Below, one piece after another: positions 27,127-32,000 of a DNA stretch of 32,000 nucleotides. A program made the position numbers and the translations under genes. Each line of letters begins with the position of its first letter. Within the stretch, counting starts at the first letter, position 1. Source of the stretch: Mycolicibacterium smegmatis (GTDB lineage: Bacteria > Actinomycetota > Actinomycetes > Mycobacteriales > Mycobacteriaceae). Where the stretch lies: the NCBI RefSeq assembly GCF_001457595.1, contig NZ_LN831039.1, positions 4,440,001 through 4,472,000 on the forward strand, in the 5' to 3' direction. The notes under the pieces are model-generated. The model worked only from the letters and a program-made list of their open reading frames with translations, was not told the origin of the DNA and made no database searches.

Positions 27127-29052
27127 GTGAACGATCTCGAGCCGTTCTCGCCCTCGATCGACTGGAGCGACGAACTGGTGCACTCACTGTGGTGGCTGGC
27201 GCAGGCCTGGACCATCGCGGCGCTGTGCACGCTGGCGGTATTGGTGCTGCTCGCGCGGTACACGACATGGGGCAGGCAGTTCTGGACCGTCACGGGTGCC
27301 TACTTCACCGGGCGGCGCAGCGTGCGGGTGTGGTTCGTGCTCGGCGCGATGCTGCTGTCGGTCATCGTCGGCGTACGCCTGTCGGTGCTGTTCAGCTACC
27401 AGAGCAACGACCTGTACTCGGCCGCACAGATCGCCGTGCAGGGCTACGCGACCGGCGACGACGTGGTGAAGGACTCCGGCGTGCGGGGCTTCTGGATCTC
27501 ACTGCTGACGTTCTCGCTGCTCGCGGCGATTCTGGTGACCCGTGTGCTCGTCGACCTGTTCATGACGCAGCGGTTCATGCTGGCCTGGCGGACCTGGCTC
27601 ACCGACCGGCTCACGGGCGACTGGCTCGACGGCCGCGCGTACTACCGCAGCCGGTTCATCGACCAGACCATCGACAACCCGGACCAGCGCATCCAGTCCG
27701 ACATCGACATCTTCACCGCGCTGTCGGGCCCACAGCCCAACACCCCGCACCAGACCAGCAACGGCACGCTGCCGTTCGGGGCCATCTCGTCGATCGTGTC
27801 GGTGGTGTCGTTCACGTCGATCCTGTGGAACCTGTCGGGTGAGCTGGACGTGTTCGGTGTGCAAATCCCGCGCGCGATGTTCTGGTCGGTGTTCGTCTAC
27901 GTCGCGTTCGCGACCGTGATCGCGTTCTGGCTCGGCAGGCCGCTGATCCGGCTGTCGTTCAACAACGAAAAATTCAACGCCGCGTTCCGCTATGCCCTGG
28001 TACGCCTGCGGGACGCCGCCGAATCGGTCGCGCTGTACCGCGGCGAGAAGGCCGAGCGACGGCAACTGCGGGCGTTCTTCGCGCCCGTGGTCGACAACTA
28101 CAAGCGCTTCGTCAACCGCACCATCGTGTTCACCGGCTGGAACCTGTCGATGAACCACATCATCATCCCGTTGCCGTGGCTGCTGCAGGCGCCGCGGCTG
28201 TTCGCCGGCCAGATCCAACTGGGCGCGGTCACACAGTCGGTGACCGCGTTCGGCGCGATCCAGGACGCGTTGTCGTTCTTCCGCAACTCCTACGACACGT
28301 TCGCGGGCTACCGCGCGTCGATCATGCGTCTGCACGGGCTGGTCACCGCCGACGAGCAGGGCCGCGCGCTGCCGATGGTCCACGTCGAGAACGCCCGGAC
28401 AGCCGTCGTCGAACTCGACGACGTCGAGGTGCGCAACCCGGCCGGCGAGGAACTGGTGACCGGCCTGAGCCTGCGGTTGCATCCGGGCGCGGCGATGATC
28501 ATCACCGGCAAGTCGGGTACCGGGAAGACCACCCTGCTGCGCAGTTTGGCGCAGTTGTGGCCCTACGCCTCAGGCACCATGCGCTGCCCGCGGGGCCGCA
28601 ACGAGACGCTGTTCCTGTCGCAGCTGCCCTATGTCCCGCTCGGGGATCTGCGCACCGTGGTGTCCTATCCGCACGAGCCCGGCGACCTTCCCGACGGCGC
28701 GCTGCGCGACGCGCTGCTGGCGGTCGCGCTACCCCGCCACGCCGACCGACTCTCGGAGGTCAACGACTGGGCCAAGGTGCTCTCCCCCGGCGAGCAGCAG
28801 CGCATCGCGTTCGCCAGGGTGTTGCTCACCAGACCCAAGGTTGTGTTCCTCGACGAGGCCACCTCGGCATTGGACGAACCTTTGGAGTTCATGATCTACG
28901 GCCTGGTGCGGCGCGAACTGCCCGACACGGTGTTCGTCAGCGTCACCCACCGCACCACGGTGAACCGCCACCACGAGCAGCGCCTCGAACTCCTCGGCGG
29001 CGGGCGGTGGCGCCTGGGCCCCGTCGACGAGGCCGCGCCGGTTCCCGTGTGA
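27127..29052 (+). CDS. ABC transporter, fused membrane domain and ATPase, BacA/SbmA-like (Rv1819c-type)
   Basis: 641 aa; membrane domain [52 protein letters not shown], Walker [10 protein letters not shown], signature LSPGEQQR, Walker [14 protein letters not shown]. Confidence 0.88.
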   Translation: MNDLEPFSPSIDWSDELVHSLWWLAQAWTIAALCTLAVLVLLARYTTWGRQFWTVTGAYFTGRRSVRVWFVLGAMLLSVIVGVRLSVLFSYQSNDLYSAAQIAVQGYATGDDVVKDSGVRGFWISLLTFSLLAAILVTRVLVDLFMTQRFMLAWRTWLTDRLTGDWLDGRAYYRSRFIDQTIDNPDQRIQSDIDIFTALSGPQPNTPHQTSNGTLPFGAISSIVSVVSFTSILWNLSGELDVFGVQIPRAMFWSVFVYVAFATVIAFWLGRPLIRLSFNNEKFNAAFRYALVRLRDAAESVALYRGEKAERRQLRAFFAPVVDNYKRFVNRTIVFTGWNLSMNHIIIPLPWLLQAPRLFAGQIQLGAVTQSVTAFGAIQDALSFFRNSYDTFAGYRASIMRLHGLVTADEQGRALPMVHVENARTAVVELDDVEVRNPAGEELVTGLSLRLHPGAAMIITGKSGTGKTTLLRSLAQLWPYASGTMRCPRGRNETLFLSQLPYVPLGDLRTVVSYPHEPGDLPDGALRDALLAVALPRHADRLSEVNDWAKVLSPGEQQRIAFARVLLTRPKVVFLDEATSALDEPLEFMIYGLVRRELPDTVFVSVTHRTTVNRHHEQRLELLGGGRWRLGPVDEAAPVPV

Positions 29053-29109
29053 GCAGCGGACTTTCGCATCCAGGCAGCGCGAAGGCGGCGGGCATACCAG
29101 GATGTGATC

Positions 29110-30123
29110 ATGGACCACATCACCTTCGTGCCCACCGTCGATCAGATGAACTACACCTTCGGCGGGGCCGACCCCGTCATGCGGATCAAGCCGGGCACGG
29201 TGCTGACGTTGTGGACCGAGGACGCCTACGGCGGACGCATCACCAGCGTGGACTCGGTGGCCGGCACGGCACTCGACACCGAGGACCTCAACCCGCAGAC
29301 GGGTCCGTTCTTCATCGAGGGCGCTGAGCCCGGTGACACCCTGGCGGTGCACCTGGTCGACCTCACCCCGGCCCGCACCTGGGGCGCGTCCACGCTGATC
29401 CCGTTCTTCGGCGGGCTCACCAGCATCCCGGTGAGCCCCACGCTGCAGGAACCGCTGCCCGAGCGCACCTGGATCTACGAGTACGACCCGGCCACCCACA
29501 CCGTCGGGTTCGCCGCGCGCGGCAGCGATTTCGAGGTGGCGCTGCCCGCCAACCCCATGCTCGGCACGGTCGGGGTGGCCCCGGCGCGCCGCGAGGTGCG
29601 CACGTCGCTGGTGCCCGACGCGTTCGGCGGCAACATGGACACTCCGGAGATGACCGCGGGCGCCACGTGTTATCTGCGGGTCAACGTCGAGGGCGCGCTG
29701 TTCTCCCTGGGCGACGGACACTACCGCCAGGGCGAGGGCGAGGCGTGCGGCACCGCGGTCGAGGGCGCCATGAACGTCACCGCGATCGTCGAACTCATCA
29801 AGGGCGGCGGCCCGGCCTGGCCGCGGCTGGAGACCGACACGCACCTGATGGCCATCGGCTCGGGCCGCCCGCTGGAGGAGGCGTGGCGCGCGAGCCAGGT
29901 CGAGATGATCACGTGGCTCGGTGAGCTGTACGGACTGGACAAATACGACGCCTATCAGCTGCTCACGCAGATCGCGCTGAACCCGATCGCCAATGTCGTC
30001 GACGCGAACTACAGCACGCTGACCAAGATCGACAAGCGCCTGCTGCCCCCGGCCCCGGCCTACGGCGGCATCCACGCCGAACTGCGCAGCGCAGGACGGG
30101 CACTCGGCACCATCTCCTACTGA
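29110..30123 (+). CDS. Acetamidase/formamidase family protein (second paralogue)
   Basis: MDHITFVPTVDQMNYTFGGADPVMRIKPGTVLTLWTEDAYGG...PGDTLAVHLVDL...GDGHYRQGEGEACGTAVEG. ORF track start is GTG 29104; the ATG at 29110 is the more likely start. Confidence 0.85.
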   Translation: MDHITFVPTVDQMNYTFGGADPVMRIKPGTVLTLWTEDAYGGRITSVDSVAGTALDTEDLNPQTGPFFIEGAEPGDTLAVHLVDLTPARTWGASTLIPFFGGLTSIPVSPTLQEPLPERTWIYEYDPATHTVGFAARGSDFEVALPANPMLGTVGVAPARREVRTSLVPDAFGGNMDTPEMTAGATCYLRVNVEGALFSLGDGHYRQGEGEACGTAVEGAMNVTAIVELIKGGGPAWPRLETDTHLMAIGSGRPLEEAWRASQVEMITWLGELYGLDKYDAYQLLTQIALNPIANVVDANYSTLTKIDKRLLPPAPAYGGIHAELRSAGRALGTISY

Positions 30124-30135
30124 AAAGGACCAGCC

Positions 30136-30897
30136 ATGGATCTTGGACTGACCGGTAAACGCTTCGTGGTCACGGGCGGCACGCGCGGTATCGGACGCGC
30201 GGTCGTCGAGGGACTGCTTGCCGAGGGCGCCGCGGTCGCGTTCTGTGCCCGCACTCCCGAGGCGGTCACCGCGACGCAGCAGGAACTCGCCGCCGACGGC
30301 GTCACCGTCGTCGGCACCCCGGTCGACGTCGGTGACGGCGCCGCGGTCGCCGACTGGGTCGCGCAGAGCGCCGAGACGCTCGGCGGCCTCGACGGCGTGG
30401 TGGCCAACGTGAGTGCGCTGGCCATCCCCGAGAGCCCCGAGAACTGGCGCACCAGTTTCGAGGTGGACATGATGGGCACCGTCGGGCTGGTCGACGCGGC
30501 CCTGCCGCACCTTCTGAAAAGTGACGCGGGATCCATCGTGACGATCTCGAGCGTGTCGGGCCGCGAGATCGACTTCGCGGCCGGGCCGTACGGCACGTTC
30601 AAGGCCGCGATCATCCACTACACCCAGGGCCTGGCGTACCAGCTCGCGGCGAAGGGCGTCCGCGCCAACTCGGTCAGCCCGGGCAACACCTACTTCGAGG
30701 GCGGCGTGTGGCCCACCATCGAGAAGGACGACCCCGAGTTGTTTGCTTCTGCCCTCGCGCTCAACCCCACCGGGCGGATGGGGACGCCACGTGAGGTTGC
30801 CAACGCCGTCGTGTTCCTCAGCAGCCCGGTCGCGAGCTTCATCACCGGAACGAACCTGGTGGTCGACGGTGCACTGACCCGGGGCGTGCAGTTCTGA
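30136..30897 (+). CDS. SDR family oxidoreductase
   Basis: 253 aa; TGGTRGIG, YGTFK, TGTNLVVDGALTRG. Confidence 0.93.
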   Translation: MDLGLTGKRFVVTGGTRGIGRAVVEGLLAEGAAVAFCARTPEAVTATQQELAADGVTVVGTPVDVGDGAAVADWVAQSAETLGGLDGVVANVSALAIPESPENWRTSFEVDMMGTVGLVDAALPHLLKSDAGSIVTISSVSGREIDFAAGPYGTFKAAIIHYTQGLAYQLAAKGVRANSVSPGNTYFEGGVWPTIEKDDPELFASALALNPTGRMGTPREVANAVVFLSSPVASFITGTNLVVDGALTRGVQF

Positions 30898-30921
30898 CGC
30901 GCTCCTGACGACTGTGTGCGG

Positions 30922-30938
30922 CGAGGGGAGCCCCCTCG
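30922..30938. terminator. Possible terminator-like hairpin without U-tract
   Basis: CGAGGGG AGC CCCCTCG, 7-bp perfect stem, 25 nt after the SDR stop codon. Confidence 0.4.
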
Positions 30939-31027
30939 GAAACCCTGGCATCTGGTAAGACAGTGGGACGATAGCGGACCTAAGCACTGCCGCGTCGTGA
31001 CTTCCAGACCGAGCATCAAGGGTTTTC

Positions 31028-32000
31028 ATGGCCGTATCGACCGACCGTCCCGCCGCGCGCGAAAGCGAGCACACCGGGATCGCTCGATGGATCCGTCGAC
31101 TCGCCATCCCGATCATCCTCGGCTGGATCGCGTTGCTCGGTGTCCTGGGCGCGACCGTGCCGTCGCTGGAAGAAGTCGGCCAGATGCGGTCGGTGTCGAT
31201 GAGCCCGGACTACGCGCCGTCGGTGATCGCGATGAAGCGTGTCGGCGAGGTCTTCGAGGAGTTCAAGTCCGACAGCTCGGCCATGATCGTGCTGGAGGGC
31301 GACGAGCCGCTCGGCGACGACGCGCACATCTTCTACAACGACATGGTCGACCGGCTCGAGGCCGACACCTTGCACGTGGAGCACGTCCAGGACTTCTGGG
31401 GTGACCCGCTGACCGAGGCCGGCGCGCAGAGCAACGACGGCAGGGCTGCGTACGTCCAGGTGTTCCTCGCGGGCAACATGGGTGAGGCGCTGGCCAACGA
31501 GTCGGTGCAGGCCGTGCAGGAGCTGGTCGAGGGACTCCAGCCGCCGCCCGGGGTAAAGGTGTACGTCACGGGCGGTTCGGCGCTGGCCAACGATCAGCAG
31601 ATCTCCGGTGACCGCAGCGTGCGCATCATCGAGGCGGTGACCTTCCTGGTCATCATCACGATGCTGCTCCTCGTGTACCGCTCGATCGTCACGGTGCTCA
31701 TCACGCTGTTCCTGGTGGTGATCTGCCTGCAGTCGGCGCGCGGCGTCGTGGCGTTCCTCGGCTATCACGAGCTCATCGGCCTCTCGACGTTCGCCACGCA
31801 GCTTCTCGTGACGCTGGCCATCGCGGCGTCGACCGACTACGCGATCTTCCTCATCGGCCGCTACCAGGAGGCCCGCACCCTCGGCGAGTCCAAGGAACAG
31901 GCCTACTACACGATGTTCCGCGGCACCGCCCACGTGGTGCTGGGGTCGGGCATGACCATCGCGGGCGCCACGCTGTGCCTGCACTTCACGCGGCTACCCT
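31028..32000 (+). CDS. MMPL/RND family transporter, 3'-truncated by the window edge
   Basis: Translated by hand from ATG 31028: [52 protein letters not shown]...[55 protein letters not shown], typical mycobacterial MmpL N-terminus; TM region with [16 protein letters not shown]. Confidence 0.93.
   Translation, partial: MAVSTDRPAARESEHTGIARWIRRLAIPIILGWIALLGVLGATVPSLEEVGQMRSVSMSPDYAPSVIAMKRVGEVFEEFKSDSSAMIVLEGDEPLGDDAHIFYNDMVDRLEADTLHVEHVQDFWGDPLTEAGAQSNDGRAAYVQVFLAGNMGEALANESVQAVQELVEGLQPPPGVKVYVTGGSALANDQQISGDRSVRIIEAVTFLVIITMLLLVYRSIVTVLITLFLVVICLQSARGVVAFLGYHELIGLSTFATQLLVTLAIAASTDYAIFLIGRYQEARTLGESKEQAYYTMFRGTAHVVLGSGMTIAGATLCLHFTRLP

Noticed and set aside
28729-31116. 795-aa minus-strand ORF opposite the ABC transporter, formamidase paralogue and SDR genes
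   Set aside because: Low-complexity His/Arg/Gly/Asp-rich translation with no motifs, antisense to three clearly conserved genes. This is the usual artefact of high GC at third codon positions.
1-32000. Defence system, prophage, integrative element or CRISPR array
   Set aside because: No nuclease, integrase, transposase, phage structural gene or spaced repeats seen; composition and gene density look like an ordinary chromosomal region.

Overview
This is a GC-rich actinobacterial window, almost certainly a fast-growing mycobacterium. That call rests on the MMPL transporter, several DUF4185 secreted proteins, a DUF1918 protein, a PucR regulator and FmdB. It is densely coding, with about 30 genes supported from the sequence and no tRNA, rRNA, CRISPR array or transposase. 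The left part holds: an SDR fragment; a small secreted protein with a DUF4185 protein; a Dpp/Opp-like peptide ABC importer operon ending in an SDR; a DUF1918 protein; a second DUF4185 protein; a universal stress protein; a lipoprotein; a third, long DUF4185 protein convergent with a Ser/Thr kinase. The right part (15.4-30.9 kb) looks like a nitrogen-compound catabolic locus. On the minus strand it has FmdA, FmdB, PucR, and then a tightly packed seven-gene block: APC permease, canonical SDR, degenerate SDR, agmatinase/HutG-like ureohydrolase, PuuE-like deacetylase-fold hydrolase, Rieske oxygenase and PDR/VanB-type reductase. On the plus strand, divergent from it, are a NarL/LuxR response regulator, a cysteine hydrolase, a BacA/SbmA-like ABC transporter, a second acetamidase/formamidase and an SDR, then the start of an MMPL protein. 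The most interesting items are: (1) the gene cluster, which could encode oxidative opening of an N-heterocycle or removal of an amidine/guanidine group, ending at formamide; (2) a canonical/degenerate SDR pair resembling non-catalytic plus catalytic heteromers; (3) a large two-tier hairpin at 27010-27069; (4) a perfect 14-bp palindrome in the divergent promoter; (5) three DUF4185 (probable D-arabinan-active) proteins in 13 kb. No database search was possible, so all family calls come from recognised motifs.
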